Part shown: in pieces, positions 7,322 through 17,123 of the stretch
Numbering within the stretch: position 1 is the first letter of the stretch
How the letters are laid out: each line of letters begins with the position of its first letter
Assembly (NCBI GenBank): GCA_963791935.1
Contig: CAWBUH010000009.1
Coordinates: 57,108-121,107, forward strand
Direction: 5' to 3'
Length of the DNA stretch: 64,000 nt
Source: Terriglobia bacterium
GTDB lineage: Bacteria; Acidobacteriota; Terriglobia; Bryobacterales; Bryobacteraceae
Notes under the pieces: model-generated
Database searches by the model: none
Told to the model about the DNA's origin: nothing
Seen by the model: the letters and a program-made list of their open reading frames with translations, nothing else
Translations under genes and position numbers: made by a program

Positions 7322-9742
7322 ATGTCCATGATAGGGTTCTGGCAAGATATCCGCGTCGGTTCGCTCACCATCCTCAGAGATAAATGGTTCTTTCTCGCCG
7401 CAATGCTGGCGCTGGCGCTCGGTGTTGGCTCAACGACGGCGATTTTTAGCGTAATCTACAACGTTGTGCTCAACCCGTATCCGTACCGTGATGGCCAGCA
7501 CATCGTCTGTCCAGAAGTTCGAGAGCTAGGTACTTCACGGATTGCGAACGGAATGAGCATTCCCGTGTTCCTGGATTTCCAGGAACAGAATCGCGTATTC
7601 GCCGATTGGATCGGCGTGACCGAGGAGAGCGTGCTCTTGAAAGACTCTGGGCGTCTGAAGGAATACGACGCGGATAGACTCACAGGAAACGCTTTTCAGG
7701 TTTTGGGCATGCCTGCGCTGCTTGGACGAGGCTTGCTCCCGCGGGACGCAGTTCCCGGTGCTCCGCCAGTGTTCGTCCTGAACTATCGAGTCTGGAGACA
7801 GGATTTCAACTCTGACACAGCCATCATTGGGAAGATGTTCGAGCTGAACGGCACGCCGACAACGTTGGTTGGCGTCATGCCCGAGCGATTTTCCTGGTGG
7901 GCCGGCAACTTGTGGCGGCCGCTTCTGCTCGATCGCTCCGACAAAGACCATCAGGTTGTCATGTACGGCCATCTCCGGTCCGGCGTGGCCGTGGGAAGTG
8001 CGGAAGCTGAGATCACCGCCCTCGATCGTCGATTGGCGAAGGTCTATCCAGCACAATTCCCGACCCGGTTTACCGTTCGATTACAGAATCTGATTCAGGA
8101 AACTATCAACAGCTACGAGCACACGCTTTACCTTTTACTTGCCGCGGTCGGCTTGCTGCTGCTGATTGCTTGTGCGAATGTGTCGAATCTGCTGCTGGCG
8201 AAGGCGACTGCGAGAGAGAAAGAGTTGGCCATCCGCCTGGCTCTCGGTTCCGGAAGAGGGCGAATTATCCGGCAACTGTTAGTGGAGAGTCTGATTCTGG
8301 CATTTGCCGGTGCGGCAGTAGGGTGTCTATTCGCCTCTGGTTGCCTTCGGGGGTTATTGGCATTGCTCCCCATTTGGACATTTCCGGATGAGGCGGATAT
8401 CTCAGTGAACGCGCCTGTTCTGTTAGCCACTATTGTGATCGCGGTGGCGACCGGAATTCTATTTGGACTCACGCCGGCCCTCACGGCTTCACGGCGTGAC
8501 GTAAACGAAACTCTGAAAGCTGGCACACGCGGCAACAGTGGTTTCAAAGGGGGCCGTCTGCGTCGTCTGCTGATCGTCGGCGAGATCGCCATTGCGCTGG
8601 TACTTCTCACAACGTCCGGACTGCTGATGCGCAGCTTCGTAAAACAACGGCAGGCCGAAATTGGAATACGGACCGACCATCTTCTGACCAGCCGCCTCAA
8701 TCTTCCCGCCCAGCAATACACCACTACAGCAGCTCAGGTGCGATTTCTCCGGGAGTTATTGCGCCAGGTCGAATCAGACAAACAGGTCGTCTCGGCCGCG
8801 GTCTCTACAGAACTTCCACCCTATGGGGCGCTGAACACGCAATTCGATGTTGGCGGCGCTGTACATAACGAGCACTGGAACGGCCACTTGGCTGGATGCA
8901 GTTGGCGCTTGTTTCCGACGCTGGGTGCGCGTCTGATTAGCGGACGGCTGCTGACGCAGGAGGATGAAGCGGCCAAACGCCAAGTGGTGGTAATCAATCG
9001 TACGATGGCAACGAAATACTTCGGTCGCCGTAGTCCGCTTGGAGAACGCCTTCTGCTCTCGGCTCTGAAGACAGCCCCCGAGCCTATTGCAAATCCTTGG
9101 TTTGAAATCGTGGGCGTAATTTCGGACATCAGAAATGAAGGAATCCGCGAGACAGTGACACCAGAGGCCTATTTCCCTTACAGCGTGACTGGATTTGGCG
9201 GATATGTTGTGTTCCTGAGAACTCTCCATACGCCGGAGGATATGACTTCCGATTTGACTGCCAAAGTTCTAGCGTTAAGCGGACGGATTGTGATCCCGCA
9301 GTATACCGGGTCGATGGAGCACTTTCTCGATCGAAGCCAGTATTCACAGCCGCGCTTCTTTATGATTTTGCTTGCAGTGATTGCGACGGTCGGACTGATT
9401 TTGGCTAGCGTCGGCGTTTACGGCGTGGTCTCCTACAGCGTTACGCAGCAGCGCCGAGACATCGGAATTCGAATGGCGCTCGGTGCTACGGCAAGCGATA
9501 TTCGATCCTATGTTCTGACATCGACGCTGCGGTTTGTCTTTTATGGCGCTGCCGCGGGCATCCTGCTAACCCTCGTGTTTTCGCGCCTCATCGCAAGCCA
9601 GATTTGGGGAGTACCTTGGTACGATCCGGTGACGTTGGGTGTCGTTTTTGTACTGCTGACTGGAGTGGGACTCCTGGCCTCGTGCGTGCCTTCCATTCGA
9701 GCCAGCCGTGTAGCGCCCGGGGAGTGCCTGCGAAGTGAATAG
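7322..9742 (+). CDS. ADOP-family (MacB-like periplasmic core + FtsX) permease, intact
   Basis: The 806-aa protein starts ..FWQDIRVGSLTILRDKWFFLAAMLALALGVGSTTAIFSV. It has two MacB_PCD-like extracytoplasmic regions, each followed by an FtsX TM bundle, and ends ..RASRVAPGECLRSE like its paralog. An alternative ATG lies at 7328. Confidence 0.85.
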   Translation: MSMIGFWQDIRVGSLTILRDKWFFLAAMLALALGVGSTTAIFSVIYNVVLNPYPYRDGQHIVCPEVRELGTSRIANGMSIPVFLDFQEQNRVFADWIGVTEESVLLKDSGRLKEYDADRLTGNAFQVLGMPALLGRGLLPRDAVPGAPPVFVLNYRVWRQDFNSDTAIIGKMFELNGTPTTLVGVMPERFSWWAGNLWRPLLLDRSDKDHQVVMYGHLRSGVAVGSAEAEITALDRRLAKVYPAQFPTRFTVRLQNLIQETINSYEHTLYLLLAAVGLLLLIACANVSNLLLAKATAREKELAIRLALGSGRGRIIRQLLVESLILAFAGAAVGCLFASGCLRGLLALLPIWTFPDEADISVNAPVLLATIVIAVATGILFGLTPALTASRRDVNETLKAGTRGNSGFKGGRLRRLLIVGEIAIALVLLTTSGLLMRSFVKQRQAEIGIRTDHLLTSRLNLPAQQYTTTAAQVRFLRELLRQVESDKQVVSAAVSTELPPYGALNTQFDVGGAVHNEHWNGHLAGCSWRLFPTLGARLISGRLLTQEDEAAKRQVVVINRTMATKYFGRRSPLGERLLLSALKTAPEPIANPWFEIVGVISDIRNEGIRETVTPEAYFPYSVTGFGGYVVFLRTLHTPEDMTSDLTAKVLALSGRIVIPQYTGSMEHFLDRSQYSQPRFFMILLAVIATVGLILASVGVYGVVSYSVTQQRRDIGIRMALGATASDIRSYVLTSTLRFVFYGAAAGILLTLVFSRLIASQIWGVPWYDPVTLGVVFVLLTGVGLLASCVPSIRASRVAPGECLRSE

Positions 9743-9805
9743 CCCTCATTACGGTAGGCGCCTGAGGCTAAATTGAGTAATGCCCACGTCGCTACAGGTT
9801 CCCGT

Positions 9806-10396
9806 ATGGCGCAGATAGAATCGCGCGTAACCATCCATATGGTGGCGAGCCTGGATGGCTTTATCGCGAGAAGAAATGGAACCGTCGACTGGCTCGAAAC
9901 TACGGATGTGTTCGAGAACGGAAAGAGTGTCGGTCCCGAGCTGATTAAAGAGTTTCTCGCTAAGATCGATTGTTATGTCATGGGCTCGCGGACTTATGAA
10001 ACCGCGCTAAGTTTTGAGGCAAAGGGCTTCGGATGGGCTTACGGTGACACACCAACGTTTGTCCTGACCAGCCGCAGTCTTCCAACTGGACGGAGTTCCG
10101 TTGAAACTTACTCTGGGGATCTCGCGCTCCTAGTAAATGAAAGACTGAGACCTCGCTTTCGTAGTATCTGGTTCGTCGGCGGTGGTTCAGTGGTTGGCTC
10201 GTGCCTTCGGCTCGGGCTGGCAGACGAAGTGCGTTATTCGATCATGCCGGTATTGATTGCGGATGGGATCTCGTTTTTCAATGGACTCCAGCGCGACATC
10301 GCCCTCCATCTCCGGGAAGTAAACGCGTATAAGAGCGGCATGGTCGAGCTTTGCTACGACGTCCGGAAGGAGCATCCGAACGAACATCAAGTATGA
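9806..10396 (+). CDS. Dihydrofolate reductase family protein (RibD C-terminal domain type)
   Basis: The motifs VTIHMVASLDGFIA, CYVMGSRTYE and WFVGGGSVVGSCLRLGLADEV are typical of the RibD_C/DHFR-like family. The longest ORF starts at 9773; the ATG at 9806 fits the family N-terminus better. Confidence 0.7.
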   Translation: MAQIESRVTIHMVASLDGFIARRNGTVDWLETTDVFENGKSVGPELIKEFLAKIDCYVMGSRTYETALSFEAKGFGWAYGDTPTFVLTSRSLPTGRSSVETYSGDLALLVNERLRPRFRSIWFVGGGSVVGSCLRLGLADEVRYSIMPVLIADGISFFNGLQRDIALHLREVNAYKSGMVELCYDVRKEHPNEHQV

Positions 10397-11295
10397 ATCG
10401 AAGCCCGATCGGCAGTTGATTGTGGACTGAGTTGATCGAGCCTGGAGAGGAAGAGCTTCAGAGTGGGCGACGGATTTTTCCTGTTAAACCCAACTGCGAG
10501 ATTCACTCTCGGCGCATTTCCAGCCAACGGGCGACTTGTGACAGATGCCAGCAGAAAGTTCTGGGCGTACGCCGGCAGCAGCGAAATGCACCCTGTTGAT
10601 GCGATCAATGACATTGCCATGGCTAAATTATCGACCTCGTGTTCTGGGTGAATGTCGATCCCGCATCTGCGGAAATACCTATCTACCACCACTCGCAACG
10701 CAGGTGCTGTCGAAATGAGGACCTTCTCTCGTGCGATTTCTCTGGGATGGATAGTTCCCTTTGCTGCCAGACGGTGATCGCGTGGCAGAATAACGACGAA
10801 AGGCTCGCTTTCTACTACTTTGTAGGTGAGTTCAGGCGCCTTCACCTCCGTCCTCAAAAAAGCGATGTCCAACTGGCCTATGAGTAAAGCACCTGCCAGA
10901 TCTCGTGACGTTTGGCTCGAGATCTTGATCTCGATATCGGGTGATCTATCTCGCAGGATGCGCATCACTCTAGGGAGCCACTCAATCTCCTGCCCCGTCA
11001 GAAACCCTATCGAGAACGTCGGTCGGTTAGGCCTCACCGCTCGGCGCGCAGCTTCGACAGCGGCGTCTGCCTGACCTAACGCAAGCCGTGCATGATCCAA
11101 AAATGCTTTGCCGGCTGATGTTAGTTCAATGCCACGAGGTTTGCGAATGAAAAGAGCCGTCCCCACTTCGTCCTCAAGGTCGCGGATCTGACGGCTCAGG
11201 GACGGTTGCGTGGTGTGTAGCGTTTTGTCAGCCGCGATGGTGAGACTTCCCGCTTCGGCGATTGCGACTAAGTAGCGCAGGTGACGAAGTTCCAT
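10387..11295 (-). CDS. LysR family transcriptional regulator
   Basis: The N-terminus MELRHLRYLVAIAEAGSLTIAADKTLHTTQPSLSRQIRDLEDEVG is the canonical LysR HTH. It is 302 aa and divergent from an SDR gene. Confidence 0.9.
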   Translation of the reverse strand: MELRHLRYLVAIAEAGSLTIAADKTLHTTQPSLSRQIRDLEDEVGTALFIRKPRGIELTSAGKAFLDHARLALGQADAAVEAARRAVRPNRPTFSIGFLTGQEIEWLPRVMRILRDRSPDIEIKISSQTSRDLAGALLIGQLDIAFLRTEVKAPELTYKVVESEPFVVILPRDHRLAAKGTIHPREIAREKVLISTAPALRVVVDRYFRRCGIDIHPEHEVDNLAMAMSLIASTGCISLLPAYAQNFLLASVTSRPLAGNAPRVNLAVGFNRKNPSPTLKLFLSRLDQLSPQSTADRASIHT

Positions 11296-11457
11296 ATTCT
11301 AAGCATGCCTTAGAGGCATGGCAGGCGAGTGAAGAAAGCATTGGTCAGATGCGAACCTGCCTTCTACAATGGAGATGATCCCACTAATTGCGATGGCAGT
11401 GACAGGGATCCAGCCATACAGCAGGCGCATAACGAAGCTGTGGTTCAAGGAGAATAC

Positions 11458-12201
11458 ATGCCGCGCTCACTACAAGGAAAAGTTGCACTGGTAACCGGAG
11501 GATCCCGTGGCATCGGCGCCGCGATAGCAAAACGGCTGGCGGCCGAGGGTGCAAGTGTCGCCATTACTTACGCCAAGGATGCCCGTTCCGCCTCTGCCGT
11601 CATCGACTCTATTCAGGCGGCTGGGGGCAGGGCAGTGGCAATTCAGGCGGATGCGGCGGACGCAAATGCCGCACACGGCGCCGTTGAAGAGGCGGTATCT
11701 ACGCTAGGCAAGTTAGATGTGCTGGTTAACAATGCCGGTACTGCCATACCCAAACCGTTTGAAGAGACAACGCTCGAGGAGATGAACCGAGTCATAGACA
11801 TCAATGTTCGCGGTGTTCTGTTTACGACCAAGGCTGCCTTGCAGCATATGAACGATAACGGGCGAATCATCATGATAGGTTCATGCGTCGGGGAGCGCAA
11901 TCTGACTCCTGGATTGGCCGCCTATGCCGCCACCAAAGGAGCGGTAAAAATGTTCTCACAGAGTCTCTCGAGGGAAGTTGGGGGACGCGGCATCACGGTA
12001 AACAATGTGCAGCCCGGTCCAATTGACACGGATCTTAATCCGGCTTCCGGGGATTGGGCGACGCCTCAGAAAGCTGCGACCGGCTTGAACCGTTATGGGA
12101 CCGCGGAGGAGGTTGCTGCGCTCGTAGCCTTTGTGGCCGGTCCAGAGTCTTCTTACATCACCGGCGCGAACTTGACCGTCGATGGTGGAACAAACGCCTG
12201 A
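11458..12201 (+). CDS. SDR family oxidoreductase (FabG-like)
   Basis: Contains the motifs KVALVTGGSRGIGAAIA, NNAG and YAATKGAV. The ATG at 11458 is preceded by aaggaga. The longer ORF from 11329 adds an atypical extension. Confidence 0.85.
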   Translation: MPRSLQGKVALVTGGSRGIGAAIAKRLAAEGASVAITYAKDARSASAVIDSIQAAGGRAVAIQADAADANAAHGAVEEAVSTLGKLDVLVNNAGTAIPKPFEETTLEEMNRVIDINVRGVLFTTKAALQHMNDNGRIIMIGSCVGERNLTPGLAAYAATKGAVKMFSQSLSREVGGRGITVNNVQPGPIDTDLNPASGDWATPQKAATGLNRYGTAEEVAALVAFVAGPESSYITGANLTVDGGTNA

Positions 12202-12339
12202 GCAAGATCTCGGCGCAAGAAGCTTAGTGCCAAGCCCGGGGTAGTATTCCGGCCACGTACCGGATGACTCGAGCAAGCGTCTTCGATCTCGGTTCCGGGC
12301 CCGGGCTGCCGCCTTTTGACAGGTGGGTGCGCGAACTAA

Positions 12340-13263
12340 CTACTGTCTGACCGCGCTAAGTGCCGCACGATGCCAGTTCTGGTGACCGAGCCGCTCGGGA
12401 AGCGAAATCCCTGCCTCAAGCTGAGCGCTACGCATCTGATCGCTGACCTTCTTCGCGGCTTCCTGCACGTTCTGGTGCAGTTGCAAGAAATTCTCGCCCG
12501 GAATCTGCGCGGCATTTCCGACAACGCTCAAAGCAGCGATGGCGTCGTTATTCGCGTTAAAGATGGGAGCACCCAGACAACGCACTCCGATCTCCTCCTC
12601 CTCATCATCGAGCGCGTAACCACGGCTACGAATCAGTTCGAGTTCCTGCTTTAGGTGGCGAATGGAGCAGATTGTGTTGTCGTTATACCGGATGAGTCCC
12701 TGATCTGCAATGAGTTGCTCGGCATCGGCTTCGGGTATGTGCGCGAGCAATGCCTTTCCCAGGGCGGTGCAGTGGAGCGCGAGCTGCTTTCCGATCCACG
12801 TGCAGGTGCGTGAAACGCCAGGCGGTGTCACCTTCTCGATCAACACACAGGCGCCTTGTTCGAGAACGGCCATATGAACGGTTAATCCCGTTTGTTCGGA
12901 AAGACGCCGCAAGTGCTGTCTCGCCTGATCTCGCAGGCTGATGCCTTGTAAGGCTTGGCGTGCCAAATCACAGATCGCCAGGCTCACACGGTACTTGCTG
13001 GAGGGGCCATCCTTGTATACATACCCGGTGCTTTCAAAGGTCCGCAACAGGCAGTGGACCGAGCTCTTGGGGAGCGCGAGATGTCGGGTGACCTGCGAGA
13101 GAGATAAACCAGCGCGTGATTGCGCCAGGATTTCCAGGATCGCTAGCCCTCGTTCTAAAGACGGAACATGAGACTTCGAAACTTCTTCCATATGGCCTCC
13201 CAGGGATTTCCATGACGATAGCAAAAACGGAATGCTCTGCGATGGGATAAGTGGCTGAGACAA
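12340..13263 (-). CDS. IclR family transcriptional regulator
   Basis: LERGLAILEILAQSRAGLSLSQVTRHLALPKSSVHCLLRTFESTGYV is an IclR-type HTH, followed by an effector-binding domain. An alternative start lies at 13191. Confidence 0.85.
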   Translation of the reverse strand: MSQPLIPSQSIPFLLSSWKSLGGHMEEVSKSHVPSLERGLAILEILAQSRAGLSLSQVTRHLALPKSSVHCLLRTFESTGYVYKDGPSSKYRVSLAICDLARQALQGISLRDQARQHLRRLSEQTGLTVHMAVLEQGACVLIEKVTPPGVSRTCTWIGKQLALHCTALGKALLAHIPEADAEQLIADQGLIRYNDNTICSIRHLKQELELIRSRGYALDDEEEEIGVRCLGAPIFNANNDAIAALSVVGNAAQIPGENFLQLHQNVQEAAKKVSDQMRSAQLEAGISLPERLGHQNWHRAALSAVRQ

Positions 13264-13321
13264 CTCGCTATGAGGCCGGGTCGTTCAGCGGGCTGAACGA
13301 TTTCCAGCTGGCGAGGAGAGG

Positions 13322-14767
13322 CTAGTGGTCAGGAACGGCGCTTGTCACCTCGTGGATTTCGCCCCCGGCATGCAGGATCTGCTGCTCCTTGCCCGAACGG
13401 CGGTAGTACAGCAGAACAGCGTAGCCGAAGGCGATCCAGACGAGCACCAGAACCGGTCCATAGCGGGTGGGCGGCGGAGGAAGAGAGTACATTGCTTCAA
13501 ACGCAACGCATAACATGGCCAGCGATGAAACGAAAGGGCAGATTGCATGCTGCCAAAGCTTGAACTCGGACCGTCGCTCCCCCCGGTAGAAACGAAAGAC
13601 TCCGTAATTCGCGACTGAGTAGATGATGACAAGGCAGAGTGTAATCACGGTGCCCATGAAGTAGAACTCCTGATCTGGTCCCAGCCAGAAGCCGAGACCT
13701 AAACCGACCCCCAGCGTAATGAGTGTCTGAAACCAGATCGCATTTGCCGGGGTAAGAGTTCGTGGATGCACAAAGGCAAGTGCCCGTGGCAACAGGCCGG
13801 ACCTTCCGAGCGCAAACAGAACGCGCGTTGCAGCGTTAGTACTTGCAATAGATACAGCAAACACGGAATTGAGAACGGCAATCATCACCAGGATCCAGGC
13901 TTTACCCCAAAACCTTCTTGCCAGGATGAAACACGGATTCTCTAACGTCTTGCTGAAGGCATCCACATGCTGAGTTCCCCAACCAATAAGCACGGCCCAG
14001 GAACAGAAAATGTAGAACGCGCCTGTGAGCACAATGGACGCGATAATGCTGCGCGGTAAGTTCCGGCGGGGATTTTCGCTCTCTTCAGCAAGGGGCACAA
14101 CACCGTCGAAGCCCGCCACAGAGAAGATTGAGAAAACAACTGCTAACGCCAATCCACCCGCCGAGGAGGCCTGGTTGGGTGCGTAGGAGTGCAGGTTGAC
14201 GCCGCCTGGGCCAGGTTTGAAGAGGCTCCAACACGCGAGCGCGAGTACTATGATCACCTCCGCAATACCAAAGGCTGCCATCAGGTTTGTGGAGGGGGCG
14301 ATACCGCGGTAGACCACAAACGTGAGCAGTGCGACCGTTATCAGAAAGAAAAGCCACCAGGGGAAGTGGAGCCCATACTCGCTGAGCATTGCTCTTTCGA
14401 AAAAGATTCCCATAAACGCGATATTGATGGCGGTGGCAGTGGGATCGTAGAGCAGGTAAAGCCATGAAATCACGAACCCGGCACGCGGACCGACAGTGCG
14501 GCTGACGTAAGTGTAGTAGCCGCCCGCCGACGGTAAATGGCGTGCCAGTTGTGCCAGGGAGATACCGAGGGCCAGCACAATGAGCACGGCAACCGCATAA
14601 GCCAAAGGCGCAACGACTCCGGCGAGCGATGTGATGTATTGGATGCTCAAGATGAGGCCGACTGCCGGAGCGATGTGCGTGATACCTTGCATCAACACGG
14701 CAGGAAACTTGAGGGCACCGGCTCGGAGCTGGGTGGGAGCCGCTGTAGCGTGCTGGTTGCTGGTCAC
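13322..14767 (-). CDS. APC superfamily amino acid/polyamine permease
   Basis: The 481-aa protein has about 12 predicted TM segments with APC-like composition (..AGGYYTYVSRTVGPRAGF..). It is co-oriented with the IclR gene. Confidence 0.8.
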   Translation of the reverse strand: MTSNQHATAAPTQLRAGALKFPAVLMQGITHIAPAVGLILSIQYITSLAGVVAPLAYAVAVLIVLALGISLAQLARHLPSAGGYYTYVSRTVGPRAGFVISWLYLLYDPTATAINIAFMGIFFERAMLSEYGLHFPWWLFFLITVALLTFVVYRGIAPSTNLMAAFGIAEVIIVLALACWSLFKPGPGGVNLHSYAPNQASSAGGLALAVVFSIFSVAGFDGVVPLAEESENPRRNLPRSIIASIVLTGAFYIFCSWAVLIGWGTQHVDAFSKTLENPCFILARRFWGKAWILVMIAVLNSVFAVSIASTNAATRVLFALGRSGLLPRALAFVHPRTLTPANAIWFQTLITLGVGLGLGFWLGPDQEFYFMGTVITLCLVIIYSVANYGVFRFYRGERRSEFKLWQHAICPFVSSLAMLCVAFEAMYSLPPPPTRYGPVLVLVWIAFGYAVLLYYRRSGKEQQILHAGGEIHEVTSAVPDH

Positions 14768-14885
14768 GTTGTCCTAACGTACCGGATGCGAGCCTTCCGA
14801 GCTGAAGTGCTTCCGGACACAGCAAAGAGGGCCGTTCAACACCCTGAACACAAAAGCTCATCGGGCCATTTCGCCCGGCTCTCGG

Positions 14886-17075
14886 ATGCAGCGACGCCTT
14901 CTATACTTTAGATTCTCAATGCGCCGCCTATCCGCTACTGGAACGCTCTGGCTGCTTCTGCTCGCGGTTTCTACAGTTGCGGCCACGGCAGCAGTTCATT
15001 CCGATCAACTCGCCTCGCAGGTGACAATTTACCGCGACCAGTACGGCGTTCCTCACATAGTGGGTGAAAACGAAGCGGCGACCTTCTTCGGCTACGGTTA
15101 CGCTCAGGCGCAAGATCACTTGGAAGACATGATGCTCCAGTATCGTGATGCGCAGGGGAGGCGGACCGAGACGCAGGGTATCAACGCTTTAGGCGACGGC
15201 TACCTGCAGTTCATCCCCTACGAGTATCGGTGGGGCGGAGACTACATGCAGCGCCTGCTCCGGACAAAAAAGGCAGTGATTGCGCATCGCGATCAGATTG
15301 AACCGGCGACATACAAGATTCTCGATGGCTTCGCTCGCGGAGTTAATCAATATATCGCCGAAAAGCACGCGAGCATACCGGCTTGGATCACGCCCATTAC
15401 GGCGGAGGACGTCGAAGCACTTGAACGCAGCCAGTACATGCGCTTCTACAGCATCAACGACGCACTCAACAAGATTACTGAAAAGACTTACGAATTTCCG
15501 ACGTTCGGGTCGAATCAGTGGGCCATTGAAGGATCACGCTCGGAAAACGGCCATGTCATGCATGTAGAGCACACTCACATGCCGTGGGCAAACCGCTTCC
15601 AAAACTACGAAGCACACCTGATCACGCCCGGCAAGCTGGACGCCGCAGGTATCAGTTGGTTTGGCAGCCCGATGTTCCTGATGGGTTGGAACGATCGGAT
15701 TACCTGGTCGGCGACCTGGAACGAGCCAAACATATCAGACGTTTACATAGAGAAGATTAATCCAGAAAATCAGCTCCAATACTTGTACGAAGGCAAGTGG
15801 GAGCCAATCCGAGTAGAGTACGAAACCTTCCGTATCAAAGGGCGGAAGGGAACCGAAACTATTACCCTGCCGTGCTACTACACGAGCCACGGCCCGATCG
15901 TAAAGTTCGATCGTGAAACACATCATGCCTATTCGGTGAAACTGCCTAACTTTGATGGCGTGAACTACGCGACGGGGCTGTATGGAGTGATGAAGGCCGG
16001 AAACCTCGAGCAATTTAAGACGGCATTGGCAAGGCAGCTTATCCCGCGCTGGAACTTTCTTTACACGGATCGCACAAATATCTACTGGGTTCACAACGGA
16101 AACGTGGCAGAGCGCAACCCCTCTCTCGATTGGAGTAAACCTGTCCCGGGCTGGGAGCGGCGAACAGAATGGGGCGCCTATCTCCCATTCGAAAAGTACC
16201 CGCAATTGCTCAATCCTTCGTCAGGCTTTCTGCAGAACTGTAACAATCCGCCTTGGGTATGCACGCGCAACTCGGGATTGAAGCCGTTGGATCCAGCGCC
16301 ATATTATTTGCACGCACAACCACGGGCGAACGCCGGTGAGGAAGCACTGAATACTCGCGGCGAACGGCTTTTCGACATCTTGGGAACCCAGAGAAAGTTC
16401 ACGCTGGAGGACATGTTCAAGCTGAGTTTCGATACCCACATCATGCCTTCGGATGTCATTATTCCGTTGTTAACCAATGCCGCCATAGCCGATGCGAAGG
16501 CGCAAACGGGCGAGATCCACCAGGCCCTTGACGCAATCGCTCATTGGGATGGCAGTTCGACCAAAGAATCGATAGCCTATACCTACATCCACTTCTGGGT
16601 AGAAGCATACCGGCAGCTGTTTTCCGAAGAATCATTTAGCCGATTCACAAAATACGAGCGCAAACAGCTGATCGACATTCAGTCGCCAGCTGAGCAGAAG
16701 CGTGCACTGGACGCATTACAGAGGGCAGTGCAAACTCTCAAAGCGCGTTACGGTACGGCGCAAGTGGCATGGGGAAAAATCAATGTGGTTGTACGAAACG
16801 GAAGTTTCCCACTTGGCGGGGAGTCAATCTTCAACGTGCTTCACCCCGATGAGGGAGTCGAGCAAGATGACGGGACGATCCACTGCAATGACGGCTGGGG
16901 GCACTTGATGATTGTTGTCGAGACGGAGCCGAAACAGATTTGGACTCTGCTGCCGTACGGAGAGTCTCAGGACCCATCGTCGCCGCACTACAATGATCAG
17001 GCCAAGAGGCACAGCAACCAGGAACCGAAACGTTTCTGGTTTTCCAAAGCCGACGTGCTTGCGAACACCGACTAA
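14886..17075 (+). CDS. Penicillin acylase family (S45 Ntn-hydrolase) protein, secreted
   Basis: A signal peptide is present (the start is probably the ATG at 14919). The conserved ..YGYAQAQDHL.. block is present. The autoprocessing/nucleophile junction reads TFG|SNQWAIEG, with the Ser codon at 15510-15512. Confidence 0.8.
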   Translation: MQRRLLYFRFSMRRLSATGTLWLLLLAVSTVAATAAVHSDQLASQVTIYRDQYGVPHIVGENEAATFFGYGYAQAQDHLEDMMLQYRDAQGRRTETQGINALGDGYLQFIPYEYRWGGDYMQRLLRTKKAVIAHRDQIEPATYKILDGFARGVNQYIAEKHASIPAWITPITAEDVEALERSQYMRFYSINDALNKITEKTYEFPTFGSNQWAIEGSRSENGHVMHVEHTHMPWANRFQNYEAHLITPGKLDAAGISWFGSPMFLMGWNDRITWSATWNEPNISDVYIEKINPENQLQYLYEGKWEPIRVEYETFRIKGRKGTETITLPCYYTSHGPIVKFDRETHHAYSVKLPNFDGVNYATGLYGVMKAGNLEQFKTALARQLIPRWNFLYTDRTNIYWVHNGNVAERNPSLDWSKPVPGWERRTEWGAYLPFEKYPQLLNPSSGFLQNCNNPPWVCTRNSGLKPLDPAPYYLHAQPRANAGEEALNTRGERLFDILGTQRKFTLEDMFKLSFDTHIMPSDVIIPLLTNAAIADAKAQTGEIHQALDAIAHWDGSSTKESIAYTYIHFWVEAYRQLFSEESFSRFTKYERKQLIDIQSPAEQKRALDALQRAVQTLKARYGTAQVAWGKINVVVRNGSFPLGGESIFNVLHPDEGVEQDDGTIHCNDGWGHLMIVVETEPKQIWTLLPYGESQDPSSPHYNDQAKRHSNQEPKRFWFSKADVLANTD

Positions 17076-17123
17076 TACTTGGGGTGATTCCAGGCGCTTG
17101 CAGAGAATGCAGGGCGTGTATTA

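Noticed and set aside
7102-7371. An 89-aa Cys-containing ORF lies immediately upstream of, and co-oriented with, the cNMP/TrxR-like gene.
   Set aside because: Its third-position G/C bias is only about half, lower than neighbouring genes. It has no recognisable motif and its 5' end collides with the divergent ADOP start. It is possibly a real small gene, but it is not supportable from sequence alone.
8128-8724. Long antisense ORFs inside large genes, for example 8128..8724, 28560..29348, 31297..31920, 44246..44992 and 46292..46951.
   Set aside because: All lie opposite or off-frame to strongly supported CDSs (ADOP, the large secreted protein, TBDRs). They translate to Arg/Pro/Gly-rich sequence without domains, which is typical of GC-rich genomes.
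14085-14861. A 258-aa ORF overlaps the APC permease in another frame.
   Set aside because: The translation is R/P/C-rich with no motifs. The permease frame gives a coherent 12-TM protein. This is an off-frame artefact.
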